Shown: positions 12,531 through 25,180, counted from the first letter of the stretch. The stretch is DNA of 46,535 bases from Chiloscyllium plagiosum (GCF_004010195.1 NC_057718.1:56236387-56282921), one strand, 5' to 3'. A program made the numbers and translations. The notes: a model not told the origin generated them from the sequence alone.

Positions 12531-13642
12531 ATGATATGCTAAGTTGTGAAGTTGTTAAGACATTGTTAAACTCATGAAAGGCTCTTGGTGTTCTAATATA
12601 AAAACTTGGGATTTAAAAGTCCAGAAATCACTGATAAACTTGATTGCCTCAAGATTGAATTACAAACTAGATGTTTCCCTTTTGGTTCATGGAGAAGCAG
12701 GGAGGTGTCTGTTTCTTGGCTATTGGGGGGATGTGTGCGTAGGAGGGGTGACATTGTTAGTGAAGGACAGTATTACAGTTGCAGAAAGGATGTTTGAGGA
12801 CTCGTCTACCGAGGTAGTATGGGCTGAGGTTAGAAACAGGAAAGGGGAGGTCACCCTGTTGGGAGTATTCGATAAGCCTCTGAATGTTTCCAGAGATGTA
12901 GCGCGTAGGAGAGCAAAGATGATCCTTGATAGGAGCGAGAATGACAGGGTAGTTGTTATGGGGAACTTTAACTTTCCAAATACTGACTGGGAATACTATA
13001 GTTCAAGTACTTTAGATGGGTCAGTTTTTGTCCAATGTGTGCAGTCTGTAGACAGGCCAACAAGATTTGTTACTGGGTAATGAACCCGGCCAGGTGTTAG
13101 ATTTGGAGATAGATGAGCACTTTGGTGATAGACACCACAATTTAGTGATAGAAAGCGATAGGTACACACTGCAGGGCAAGAGTTATAGTTGGGGGGAAGG
13201 CAATTATGATGCGATTCGGCAAGATTTAGGGTGCATTCGATAGGGAAGTAAACTGCAGGGGATGGCCACAATTGAAATGTGGAGCTTCTTCGAGGATCAG
13301 CTACTGTGGATCCTTGATAAGTATGCACCAGTCAGACAGGAAGGAAGTTGTCAAGCACAGGAGCTGTGGTTTACTAAGGAAGTTGAATCTCTTGTCAAGT
13401 GGAAGAAGAAGGCTTATGTTAGGATGAGATATGAAGGCTCAGTTAAGGCGTTTGAGAGTTACATGTTAGCCAGGAAAGACCTAAAGACCTAGTTAAGAAG
13501 AGCCAGGAAGGGACATGAGAAGTCGTTGGCGAATAGGATCAAGGAAACCCCTAAGGCTTTCTATAGGTATATCAGGACTATAAGAATGACTAGAGTAAGA
13601 TTAGAGTCAATCAAGGATAGTAGTGGGAAGTTGTGCATGGAG

Positions 13643-14221
13643 GAGAAAGTGAGGTCTGCAGATGCTGGAGATCAAAGTTGAAACTTTATTGCTGGAACAG
13701 CACAGCAGGTCAGGCAGCATCCAGGGAACAGGAGATTCGACGTTTCGGGCACAGGCCCTTCTTCAGGAATGAGAAGAACAGAAACAGAATCCCCAAGTGG
13801 AAAATGAAGTGTTGTTCTTTGAACTTGCGTTAAGGAACACTGCAACAGATCTGGGACAGAAATGTTGGTGTAGGAACACAGTGGTGTGTTGAAGTGGAGG
13901 CAGTGGGAAACTCTGGGTCATGTTTTACAGACAGAGTGTAGGTGTTCAGCAAAGCGGTCATCACCTTGTCTCAGCCGAATCCCTCCAGCCCGGCACCGCC
14001 TTCCTGACCTGCAGTCTTCTTCTTGACCTCTCCGCCTCCATCCTACTCCGACCTATCACCCTCACCTTGACCTCTTTCCACCTATCACATTTCCAACGCC
14101 CCTCCTCCAAGTCCCTCCTCCCTACCTTTTATCTTCTCCTGCTGAACACTCTCTGCTCATTCCTGAAGAAGGGCCTGTGCCCGAAACGTCGAATCTCCTG
14201 TTCCCTGGATGCTGCCTGACC
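13643..14221. mobile_element. PLE insertion with inverted pLTRs and a 14-bp TSD
   Basis: TSD agttgtgcatggag at 13629-13642 and 14222-14235. Hammerhead motifs on the - strand (~13738-13768) and + strand (~14163-14190). Confidence 0.85.
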
Positions 14222-14426
14222 AGTTGTGCATGGAGTCAGAGCAGATAGGGGAAGTGCTAAATGAAAACTTTTTGTCAGCATTCACACTTGAAAAAGATAA
14301 TGTTGTGGAGGAGAATACTGAGATACAGGCTACTAGACTAGATGGGATTGAGGTTCACAAGGAGGAGGTGTTGGCAATTCTGGATAATGTAAAAATAGAC
14401 AGGTCCCCTGGGCTAGATAGGATTTA

Positions 14427-14614
14427 GCCTAAAAATGTGTTGCTGGAAAAGCGCAGCAGGTCAGGCAGCATCAAAGGAGAAGGAGAATCTTCAAGAAGGG
14501 CTTATGCCCGAAACGTCGATTCTCCTTCTCCTTTGATGCTGCCTGACCTGCTGCGCTTTTCCAGCAACACATTTTTAAGCTCTGATCCCCAGCATCTGCA
14601 GTCCTCACTTTCTC
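14427..14614. mobile_element. Short PLE hairpin insertion with a 14-bp TSD
   Basis: TSD ctagataggattta at 14413-14426 and 14615-14628. Perfect 59-bp inverted arms at 14431-14489 and 14518-14576. Confidence 0.9.
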
Positions 14615-15595
14615 CTAGATAGGATTTATCCAAGGATTCTCTGGGAAGCCAGGGAGTAGATTGCAGAGCCTGTGGCTTAGATCTTTATGTCGTCATTGGC
14701 TACAGGAATAGTGCCAGAAAACTGGACAATAGCAAATGTTGTTCCCTTGTTCAAGAAGGGAGTAGAGACAACCATGGTAATTATAGACCTGTGAGCCTTA
14801 CTTCGGTTGTGGGTAAAGTGGTGGAAAGGGTTATAAGAGATGGGATTTATAATCATCTAGAGATGGATAAGTTGATTAGAGTAAGTCATGCCTCATAAAT
14901 CTGATTGAGTTCTTTGAGAAGGTGAACAAACAGGTGGATGAGGGTTATGCGATTGATGTGGTGTATATGAATTTCGATACGGCGTTTGCACAAAATGCAG
15001 AGGCATGGGATTGAAGGTGATTTAATGGTTTGGATCAAAGATTGGCTAGCTGAAAGAAAACAGAGGGTGGTGGTTGATGGGAAATATTCATCCTGTAGTT
15101 AAGTAACTAGTGGGGTACCGCAAGGATCTGTTTTGGGTCCACTGCTGTTTGTCATTTTTATAAATGACCTGGATAAGGGCATAGAAGTTTGGGTTGGTAA
15201 ATTTGCAGATGACACTAAGGTTGGTAGAGGTGGACAGTGACAAAGGATGTTGTAGTTTACTGAGGGACATAGATAAGCTGGGCTGAGTTGTGGCAAATGG
15301 AGTTTAATGCAGAAAAGTGAGAAGGAACAACAGGAATAAACAGTACTGGGCTAATGGTAAGATTCTTGGTAGTTTAGATGAGCAGAGTGATCTTGGTGTC
15401 CATATCCATAAATCCTTGAAAGTTGCCACCCAGGTTGATACAGTTATTAAGAAGGCATATGATGTGTTAGTTCTTATTGGTAGAGGGATTGAGTTTCGGA
15501 ATGTGAGATCATGTCGCAGCTGTACAAAACTCTGGTGCGGCCGCACTTGGAGTATTGTGTACAGTTCTGGTCACCGCATTATAGGAAGGATATAC

Positions 15596-16195
15596 AGTCA
15601 TAGAGTCAAAGAGATGTACAGCATGGAAACAGATCCTTCAGTCCAACCCGTCCAGGCCGACCAGATATCCCAACCCAATCTAGTCCCACCTGCCAACACC
15701 CGGCCCATATCCCTCCAAACTCTTCCTATTCATATTGCCCATCCAAATGCCTCTTAAATGTTGCAATTGTACCAGCCTCCATCACTTTCTCTGGCAGCTC
15801 ATTCCATACACGTACCACCCTCTTGTGTGAAAAAATTGTCCCGAAGGTCTCTTTTATATCTTTCCTCTCTCATCCTAAACCTATGCCGAGGTCCTCGGAT
15901 GCTGCCTGAATTGCTGTGCTCTTCCAGCACCACTGATCCTAAACCTATGCCCTCTAGTTCTGGACTCCCTGACCCCAGGGAAAAGACTTTGCCTATTTAC
16001 CCTATCCATGCCCCTCATAATTTTGTAAATCTCTGTAAGGTCACTCCTCAGCATCCGACGCTCATGGGAAAACAGCCCCAGCCTATTCTGTCTCCCCCTA
16101 TAGCTCAAATCCTCCAACCCTGGCAACATCCTTGTAAATCTTTTCTGAACCCTTTCAAATTTCACAACATCTTTTCGATAGGAAGGAGACCAGAA
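15596..16195 (-). mobile_element. Young 5'-truncated CR1 inserted antisense into an older CR1
   Basis: (ctctatga)n tail and the translation YRKDVVKFERVQKRFTRMLPGL. It contains a 48-bp PLE fragment with the 16-bp TSD atcctaaacctatgcc (15872-15887 and 15936-15951). Confidence 0.9.
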
Positions 16196-16959
16196 TGGAA
16201 AGCTTAAGAAAAGGTTCAGAGGAGATTTGCTAGTATATTGGCTGGTATGGAAGATCTTACAAGGAAAGGCTGAGGGACTTGAGGTTGTTTTCGTTAGAGA
16301 GAAGAAGGTTGAGACATACAAGGGTGGACAGTGAGAGCCTTTTTCCTCGGATGGTGATGTCTAGCATGATGGGACATAGCTTTATATTGAGGGGTGATAG
16401 ATATAGGACAGGTGTCAGAGGTAATTTCTTTACTCGGAGAGTTGTAGGGGCGTGGGACGCGCTGCCTGCAACAGCAGTAGACTCGCCAACTTTAAGAGCA
16501 TTTAAATGGTCATTGGATAGGGATAAGGACGAGAATGGACTAATGTAGGTTAAATGGGCTTCAGATTGGTTTCACAGGTCGGTGCAACATCAAGGGCCAA
16601 AAAGCCTGTAGTGCGCTATAATGTTTTATATTCCTATGAATAATATAACTATGGTATAAAAACATAAAATGTTGAAATACTGCAGGTCAAGCTGCATCTA
16701 TGGAGAGAAAGCAAGAGCTAATGTTTCAGTTTAATATTCTTTCATCAGAATCTTTCATCTGATGAAAGGCCATCAACTTGAAACATTAAGTCTACAAATC
16801 TCTGACCTGCTTAATACTTTCAGCAACTTCTTTTTGATTTTAAATTTCCAGCATTAGCTGTTTTGTTACCTGTTAATACAATAGGACAATATGCCCCACG
16901 TGGTTTCTCCCAATTAAGGAAGACTTTTGCCTTTGCCAAGTTGTAAGAAAACAGCACCT

Positions 16960-17520
16960 GTGCAATTTCGTTCAGTGCTGCAGCAAGAAAATACACATTT
17001 AGCTGTGTACACTGGGTCAAGTTCTACTCCAAGACCTTTTCGCTCAGGTTGGCACTTCAATGTAGTGCTCACAAAGCGCTGCACCACTGGAGATGCCATC
17101 TTTTGGTTGAAACATTTAACTGTGACCCCTATCTATCCTCTCAGATGAACATAAACATTCGCACGGTAGAAGATTTCTCTTTAGTGTCCTGGGTTTTATT
17201 TACTCCTCAGTCAACATTACAAAATAAATAAAAACAGGAAATAAGCACAGGCTTAACAGCATCTGTGATAACAGAAAGAAAGTTATTGTTGCAAATCAAA
17301 CTTTCCCCAAGACTTAAAATTCTAGCATTTCCTTTTTAGTTTACAATGCAAGAATTTGCAATAAAAGAAAGGTAATCTGTTCATTACGACATTTGAGACA
17401 GTTGAAACCCTGCTGTGTGCAAATTGACCACTGTGTTACTCACAGCAGCAATAATAGTTTGAATGTGCTTAGTTGTTGAAGTAATGAAAGGCATTAGATA
17501 AATGCAAATGCTTTCTTTAT
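16960..17520 (+). mobile_element. Ancient Deu-domain SINE (SacSINE1/AmnSINE1-like), decayed
   Basis: gcacttcaatgtagtgct...gcgctgcaccactggagatgccatcttttggttgaaacatttaac...cctctcagatgaacataaa matches the Deu domain as I recall it. Tail aaggcattagataaatgcaa. Confidence 0.6.
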
Positions 17521-17669
17521 GTTCTAATATAAATATGTAAATGTCTGTGCATTGTAAGTTTAATGTTGCCTGTTTCAATCTACAGTATTTCCTTTATACC
17601 ATAAGTCACCCCAACTGAGAAGCATCTGAAGGAATTCAATAAGTTCCAGGAAATCTAGGTACAAGTCGA

Positions 17670-18330
17670 CTAACAGGGAAAATGCTGGAGACACTTAGCG
17701 GGTCTGGCAGCAAAAGGGTGGTTAATTATGGTTTGATAATGAAATGAGAGTTGGACGTGAGAGAATGGAGGCAGAAATTTCAGAGGGAAGTAGGTTAGAA
17801 TGGCTGTCATGGTAATATTTCTCTCCTGGTCTGCTGTAATGTTCTACCAAAGCACAACACAAGGTCAAGGAACAACAGCTCATTTTCCACTTATGCATTT
17901 TACAGCAGCTTGGACTCAATATTGAATTTTACAACTCCAAAGCATGACACATATGTCTATAGTCCATTTTTCTTGCATTCTCCACCTTGCCCCACCCCTA
18001 TGACAGTTTACTTTTATCTCAGTGAAGAGGATCCATATTCTCTCTTCCACACCTTAGTCTACACCCATTTTACATCTCTATTTCTCTTACATCACAATTA
18101 GCAATCATTTTGTCCTTTGCACTAGCCCCCTACACATCTGTTTGTCTTCCTCCTCCTCTGACTCTCAAAAGTTTGAAAACTACAATTTTCTAGAAACTTT
18201 CAGTTCTGAAGAAGTCAAACCTTAACTCTGTTTTTCTCGCTCCATAGCTGCTGCCACACCTGATGAAGGAGCAGCACTCCAAAAGCTAGTACTTTCAAAT
18301 AAACCTGGTGTTTTGTGATTTTTAACTTTG
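17670..18330 (+). mobile_element. Old PLE 3' end (GIY-YIG C-terminus + pLTR) followed by a family-B hammerhead fragment
   Basis: 17865-17938 translates to KEQQLIFHLCILQQLGLNIEFYNS (compare ERLIFRLGTLQPQGMNLDF at 33.8 kb). cacctgatgaaggagcagcactccaaaagctagt lies at ~18257-18290. Confidence 0.6.
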
Positions 18331-19519
18331 TACACTTGTTGAAGTTCCCCAGCATTGACTGTACAATTTTCCTCATTCGTCGTTTTTCCTGTCACTTGTA
18401 GACTGAATAAAAATAAAGCGTTAGTGTTAGAATTTATGCAGGGGTACATAAGTACTCTAAAACATTTTTCAAGAGCTGTTTTAAGTTCACCTGGAATGAG
18501 TAAAGATGAATTAGTTTAAACAACTGATCAAACTGATATGAATCATTCAATGAGAAGAGCATTCTTGTGATGAATAACTGATCCAGCAAGTTTGATGCCC
18601 CACCGTTCTCCACCCTTTAGGTGGAGTGCCACAATGTTGCTCAATTTTCAAGCATGTTTCAAAACCACCCAGTAAGAGCAGGTATAATTTCACTGACAAT
18701 CAAGGTTGGGATTTGAACTTGAGCCCAGCTGCACCAGTGGAGCTATTATATCACCTCGGAGTCTCTTGTGCTCATTACATTTTTCTTAATGCAGTTTAAA
18801 ATGTGTTTGGAGCTTGTGCATAAAATACTAATGCTTAGAAATCAATTGTGCAGCACTTGTTCTTCATATGAGAAATGATTGCTGAATCATACAATATTGC
18901 ATAGGTCTCTGCTCAGCCATTATTGAAAATATGCTCCAACAATAGTGATTAGGATTTACTCTGCAGTTGTCCAGGCATCTGCCTGAAAAAGATATCAGGT
19001 GCTTTGTTGATCAAAATTTGGGACCCAGTCCAGTTTCTGGCCTCCTTGTCAATTTGGATTGTGATTACGTGCAGTATGAGCTGTGCTGGCTGTTGTTAGT
19101 AGACAGCAACCAAGCCAGCAGGACCTATGGACCCCTGCAGGTAGAACATGTGCCAAACAGCTGAATACAATATTTTACAATTCCCTGAATGTGAAACTAG
19201 GAAGAGGTGCTCCTCCTGGGATCTATATTTAAACTGCAGACACATGTTGTTCCCATTTCCTAATTTCCACATGCCGTCCTTTACATATTGCATTCTGCCT
19301 TAATTGATCACCCTGTGCCCAGTGAACCATAATCAATTGGATCTGGCAGCCTTGCCATTAGTCTCTTAGCTGCGAGCAATAGACATTCCGCTCAGATTTG
19401 AGCATATTCAATTTTCAAAGCCTAACTATCAATAAACACTGAGGATGCTTATAAAACAGACAGGAGGAAGTGATGTTGGACTAGCAAACAGCCTAACAGT
19501 CGCTAGAATTGATAAATGC

Positions 19520-20350
19520 TAGATAACATATTGTCAAGTTTAATTTAGATAAATGTGAGGTTCTGCAATTTGGAAAGGCAAATCAGTGCGGGATTTATAC
19601 ACTTAATGATAAAGTCCTGGGGAGTGTTGCTGAACAAAGAAACCTTGGAGTGCAGGTTCATAATTCCTTGAAAGTGGAGTTGCAGGTAGATAGGATAGTG
19701 AAGAAGGTATTAGGCTATCCTTGCCTTTATTGGTCAGTGCATTCAGCATAGAAATTGGGAGGTCAAGTTGTGGCTGTACAGGACATTGGTTAGGCTACTT
19801 TTGGAATACTGCGTGCAATTCTGGTCTCTCTGCTATAGGAAGGATGTTGTGAAACTTGAAACAGTTCAGAAAAGATTTACAAGGATGTTGCCAGAGTTGG
19901 AAGGTTTGATCTACAGGGAGAGGCTGAATAGACTGAGGCTATTTTCCCTGGAGCATCAGAGACTGAGGAGTGACCTTATAGAGGTTTATAAAATCACAAG
20001 GAGCATGAATAGGATAAATAAACAAGGTCTTTTCCCTGGGTTGGGGAAGTCCAAAACTAGATGGCATAGGTTTAAGGTGAGAGGGGAAAGATTTAAAAGG
20101 GACCCAAGTGGCAACTTTTCAAGCAGAAAATGGTGTGTGTATGGAATGAGCTGCCAGAGGAAATGGTGGAGGCTCGTCCAAATATAACATTTAAAAGGCA
20201 TCTGGATGGGTAAATATATAGGAATGGTTTAGAGAGATATAGACCAAATGTTGGCAAATGGGACTAGATTTTTATTTTGGATATCTGGTCGGCATGGACG
20301 AGGTGGACCGATGGATCTGTTTCCGTGCTGTATATTTCTATAACTCTAAG
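19520..20350 (+). mobile_element. 5'-truncated CR1 LINE 3' portion
   Basis: [18 protein letters not shown]...RKDVVKLETVQKRFTRM, then the 3' UTR and tail. Confidence 0.93.
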
Positions 20351-20439
20351 ATAGCTTAGTGAATGAGTGACACATGGTACTTAGCATGGATACATGACTC
20401 CGATACAGTTATAGTGGTTAATTTCAGTTTAAAAATCTA

Positions 20440-20690
20440 ACCTCTGAGTCAAGGTTATGGATTCAGTTGAATAAATTATCTAGGCTGGCACTTCATTGCA
20501 GTCAGAATGTGCCATCTTGAGGATCAGACTTGCCATCTCGGATGGGAATCAAAGATCCCATAGTGTTTCTTAAAAATTATTATTTTTAAGAATATTAAGA
20601 GAGATCTCTTTGGTGTCTTGTGCAATATTTATTTCACAACCTACATCACTAAGTCTGACCATTATTAATTACATTGTTGTTGTGGGAGGT
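20440..20690 (+). mobile_element. Second decayed Deu-domain SINE
   Basis: cctctgagtcaagg...ggctggcacttcattgcag...aaagatcccatag...ggtgtcttgtgcaatatttat...cattgttgttgtgggag; homologous to 16960-17520. Confidence 0.55.
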
Positions 20691-21194
20691 GGAGAAAGGC
20701 AGACAATAGGAGGTATGTTGCGAATGGAAGGGTCAAGTGGAGGAGGGGAGGGGGATTCTCAGTAGCCCTAATCAAGTGAGGGACTACCAGAAGAACTTCT
20801 CATACCTCCACCTAAGGCAGGGGCACTGTGTGCTTCAATCTGCATTTTAAAAACAAGGTGCTCACAGATCTCCATTATCTGTTGTAATCAGATCTACTGT
20901 GCTTGACCAAACTAAGATGGCAGTGTGAAGGTGACTATAGCCCTGAAGTTTTCACATTAGGATCATTCAGCTGTTGATCAGTTGGTAACAGTAGGCTGCA
21001 CCTTATATTTCTTTGGCTCAGATGAACCAAATTTTTGGACAACTTTTCGCTGCAGGGTCTAAATGGGTTTCCTCATCATATCTTACCAAACTTATTAATT
21101 TAATTACATATTTTGCCCTGTGGCATTTCCCACAGCTGACTTTTACCCCATCTTACCACATGCTATTCCCACAACAACTCACTACTCTGCAGGT

Positions 21195-21785
21195 CATAGA
21201 GTCATAGAGATGTACAACATGGAAACAGACCCTTCGATCCAAGCCGTCCATGCCGACCAGATATCCCAACCCAATCTAGTCCCACCTGCCAGCACCCGGC
21301 CCATATCCCTCCAAACTCTTCCTATTCATGTACCCATCCAAATGCGTCTTAAATGTTGCAATTGCACCAGCCTCCACTACGTCCTCTGGCAGCTCATTCC
21401 ATACACGTACCACCCTCTGCGTGAAAAGGTTGCCCCTTAGGTCTCTTTTATATCTTTCCCCTCTCATCCTAAACCTATACCCTCTAGTTCTGGACTCTCC
21501 GACCCCAGGGAAAAGACTTTGCCTATTTATCCTATCCATGCCCCTCATAATTTTGTAAACCTCTATAAGGTCACCTCTCAGCCTCCAACACTCCAGNNNN
21601 NNNNNNNNNNNNNNNNNNNNNNNNNNNNNNNNNNNNNNNNNNNNNNNNNNNNNNNNNNNNNNNNNNNNNNNNNNNNNNNNNNNNNNNNNTAAGTGTATAA
21701 GTCCTGCTAAGATTTGCTTTCCCAAAATGCAGCACCTCACATTTATCAGAATTAAACTCCATCTGCCACTTCTCAGCCCATTGGA
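21195..21785 (-). mobile_element. Young CR1 3' portion spanning an assembly gap
   Basis: RLRGDLIEVYKIMRGMDRINRQSLFP and QWAEKWQMEFNSDKCEVLHFG lie on either side of the N-run. Confidence 0.93.
21597..21689. other. Assembly gap (93 N)
   Basis: Run of N characters. Confidence 1.
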
Positions 21786-21901
21786 GGTATTGCCCAAAGA
21801 CTGCAAATACAAATATTCCTTGAATTTGTGCCATCTTTAAAAGTCTTTCATACACCTGGAAATCCAAAGCTGCCTTTTTCATTGATGGGTACAGTCAGAA
21901 C

Positions 21902-23280
21902 ATGGCAGAGATGGGAAAGATGACTCAGTGCTTTTCCAACAGGGAACTGGAGATCCTGATGGACAGGGTGGTGCAGAAAAGAGGTATCCTCTTTCTCTAG
22001 GATCAGCAGAGGATACCATGCTACTGGGCCTTGTCAGTCTGGTCATAGTTGCCACCCAATTTAGTGTTGTCTGGAGTGTGGAGGAATGGCCACCAGTGCC
22101 ACAAGGAGGTCAATGGCCATCTCCATTCTCCCAAGGTGAGTAGCACATTTTTTCTCTGCCCACTTTACTCTCTCTCTATCTCTACTACTGCACACACCAC
22201 AGACCAAGACTCATACTTGGTCATTCTCACTATTGCATGTAACACCTTCCTTCACTTAATCTCATTTACACTGCCTCCAACCATCCTGCACATTGTCCAC
22301 ACTGCTTCCTTGATCCTTCTGTATGCACTATTACTGTTCCCTCACTCATTCTACTGCCATTGCTCATTACAGAAGAAGACAGACCATAACAGGGCAGAGA
22401 GAGAGCTTGTATGGTTGGAGAGGTGCCCAACATCCATACACATAGAAAATTCTAGCTCTTGCAGGAGGAGATCGGGACCACGCCTGAGTGGATGCAGAAA
22501 CATCCATATCTCACCAAATGGGTCAGTGCCACTAGTCATTCCAATGTGACTCTCCCTTTAACCCCGCTGTCATTCTCAATGATTGAACACCTCATCCAAC
22601 CACTGGCAACGCTGCCTCCTCTTTCTTTTGTTTGTTTGTTTTGGTTCTGCTAGACTGCCCATGACCTCTGCAAATAAACACCCAGCTCTCCCATAAGCCC
22701 TATCTTCAGCCTCTGAGGATGACAGCATTGAAACCTCAGAGGAAGCATCAGCAAGACTGCCTCCTGAATCCTGCATCAACCCAGATACTGACACTCTGGG
22801 GTGAAACCATAGACATAGAGACAGTGGGTACTCAATGTGGTGAGCACCTTATTGTGACAGCTCCACAGCTGTCTGATGAAAACAATATTCCAGGCCACAG
22901 GCACTGACAAAGACTAGACACCTGATCAGCCCCAGACAGGACCCTGTGGTGTTTGAAATCAGGAATTTCATCCAAATGTACAAGGAAGAACAGGATTGGC
23001 AAAAAGGTATGTGGGACACAGTGCACCCCAATTCCCAGAAGCTACAGCAATGCAGTGAATCTTACAACTGTTTGCCTCCATGGATAGGTTGGCAGCTGTC
23101 AATGGAAAGCCAAGTCCAGCACCTTCAGGATCTGCTGGAGATGTACACATCTACACTACATCGCCCCACCCATTGGCCCCCAGAACCCAGACATGGAGAT
23201 GGGACTATGGGGATCTTTGACTCCAGTTTCTTATTCCTCTTGCAAATCACACCCTTACACCAGTTCACATCTAGATGGTA
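21902..23280 (+). pseudogene. PIF/Harbinger transposon Myb/SANT DNA-binding gene relic (MSANTD/NAIF1-like), multi-exon
   Basis: ATG 21902 gives MAEMGKMTQCFSNRELEILMDRVVQKRGILF*...RNGHQCHKEVN, then a GTGAGT donor at 22136. Acceptor cattacAG at 22372 is followed by KKTDHNRAERE (family pattern FS..ELE.L...V..R..ILF / QC.KK.N / K..HNRRER). It contains in-frame stops. Confidence 0.7.
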
Positions 23281-23624
23281 GTTCTTGGTCAACTTAAAGA
23301 ATAATGGCACAGAGTAAGGTTAGAATGAATTGTGTTTGATAGAGAGTTTTGGTTGGTCAATGTAGGCGGCTGGTGAATAGAGCAGTGTGTGAATCTGGTG
23401 GTATGTTTGTAAGGACATAGCATTCAAGATGCACATTGTAATTCAAAATTTATATCCCTCTGAGAGAAAGTGTTTTTTCATCTCTGCTTTAATTGGCAAC
23501 CTGTATTTTTAAACTATGACCCCTAGATCTAGATTCCAGAATTAAAGTCTGGTGTGAAAGCCTGCAACATTGGCCTGAATGGGGGCTTTCTCTTTAAGAG
23601 ATGCAGGCTAATTTTAAATATGAT

Positions 23625-24690
23625 TTGGAGATACAGTATTGGACTGGGGCGTACAAAGTTAAAAATCACACAATACTAGGTTATAGTCCAACAGGTTATT
23701 TGGAAGTACAAGCTTTTGGAGCGCTGCTCCTTCATCAGGTGGTCGTGGAGTATCAGATCGTAAGACACAGAATTTAGAGCAAATGTTTACAGTGTGATGT
23801 AACTGGAATTATATATTGAAAAAGACCTGGATTGTTTGTTACGTCTCTCACCTTTTCGAATGAGCCTGTTAGTTTCTTTCATATATAAATCGCAGAACAT
23901 TTATAAGTTACATTCTCAAGTCAACTTTAACAATTAGTGTCATGTTGGCCCACATAATGCATTGAAGGTGTGAGCTGCCCTGTGTATGACTGTCTGTGCC
24001 ACAATGGTCAGACTGATTCTAATCTAAAAAAGGGATTTACAGAATCTGTCTGTCCCGAAGTCCGCCTTGGAGGACGGTAATCCGAAGGTCGGAAGTCGAA
24101 TGTCCTGGACCACTGAAGTGATACAGTGTTGCAGTGCTCCCGCCAAACCCCCCCCCCCACACACCCACATGCACACATACACATATAAGTTTGTGGGGTG
24201 AATTTGTACTTGCATTTTACTTTGCTCAAAAACTGCATGAATCCATGTAAGGTTCTGTAAATCCATTTTTTAGATTAGAATCGGTCTGACCATTATGGCA
24301 CAGTCTCACACAGGGCAGCTCACGTCCTAAATGCATTATCTGGGCCGACATGACACCAATTGTAAAAGGCTTTGGCCCAAAACGTAGATTTTTCTGCTCC
24401 TCGGATGCTGCCTGACTCTAACCTTGACCAATTGTTAAAGTTCACTTAAGAATGTAACTTTTTAATGTTCTGCGATTTACATATGGTCATTCTAAAAGAT
24501 GAGAGACTTAACAAACAATCCAGGTTTTTTTCAAAATATAATTTCAATTACATCACACTGTAAACATTTGCTATAAATTCTGTGTCTTACGATCTGATAC
24601 TCCACGACCACCTGATGAAGTAGCAGCGCTCCAAAAGCTAGTGCTTCTAAATAAACCTGTTGGACTATAACCTGGTGTTGTGTGATTTTT
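23625..24690. mobile_element. ~1.07-kb palindromic PLE-derived element (family B) with hammerheads in opposite orientation near both ends
   Basis: 23655-24046 is the inverted complement of ~24250-24690. The central spacer encodes HFSGPGHSTSDLRITVLQGGLRDR on the - strand (PLE GIY-YIG C-terminal region). Hammerhead motifs at ~23709-23741 (-) and ~24609-24643 (+). Confidence 0.8.
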
Positions 24691-24737
24691 AGGTTTAAAT
24701 TGTACATGTTAATTTGTGGTGCTAACCTGGTATGAAA

Positions 24738-25180
24738 TTGACCTGCTGTGCTTTTCCAGCATTCCTGATGAAGGGCTTTTGCCCAAAACGTCGATTTTCC
24801 TGCTCCACGGATGCTGTCTGACCTGCTGTGCTTTTCCAACACCACTGTAATCTAAACTCTGGTTTCCAGCATCTGTAGTCCTCACTTTTGCCTAGTTGAT
24901 TTTAACCTTACTGCGAATCCTCTTGAAAGGATGCCTACCTTGAAGAAGTTCTTCTCTCTCCATAAGAATCTCAGTGAGTCTCTCTCTTTCAGTGCAACCC
25001 CCAGGTCATAATCTTTGGTACATTCCTCCCAGCACCCCCGCACCACCACTTATCTCTCCACCCTGGAGGCTTCCCTGCCTCCATTCCTGATGAAGGGATT
25101 ATGCCCGAAACGTCGATTTTCCTGCTCCTTGGATGCTGCCTGACCTGCTGTGTTTTTCCAGCACCACACTAATCTAAACC
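24738..25180 (+). mobile_element. Tandem PLE pLTRs (family A) with two direct hammerhead motifs 322 nt apart
   Basis: CTGATGA cores at 24765 and 25087, each followed by aggg(c/a)tt(t/a)tgccc(a/g)aaacgtc and the same downstream repeat. Confidence 0.8.

Larger units (their letters stand above)
12740..16638 (+). mobile_element. Near full-length CR1 ORF2 pseudogene carrying at least three nested insertions
   Basis: EN motifs (VVVMGNFNFP), RT motifs ([34 protein letters not shown]), C-terminus and 3' tail at ~16600-16638. Same subfamily as 3455-6075. Confidence 0.93.

Noticed and set aside
18330..18420. Possible minus-strand exon after acceptor tttatttttattcag
   Set aside because: No clear donor, it runs into a PLE fragment, and the peptide is unrecognisable.
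21597..21689. Apparent internal deletion in the CR1 across the N-run
   Set aside because: The equivalent interval in the 32150-32970 copy is ~340 bp versus 93 N; the gap size is an assembly estimate, not biology.
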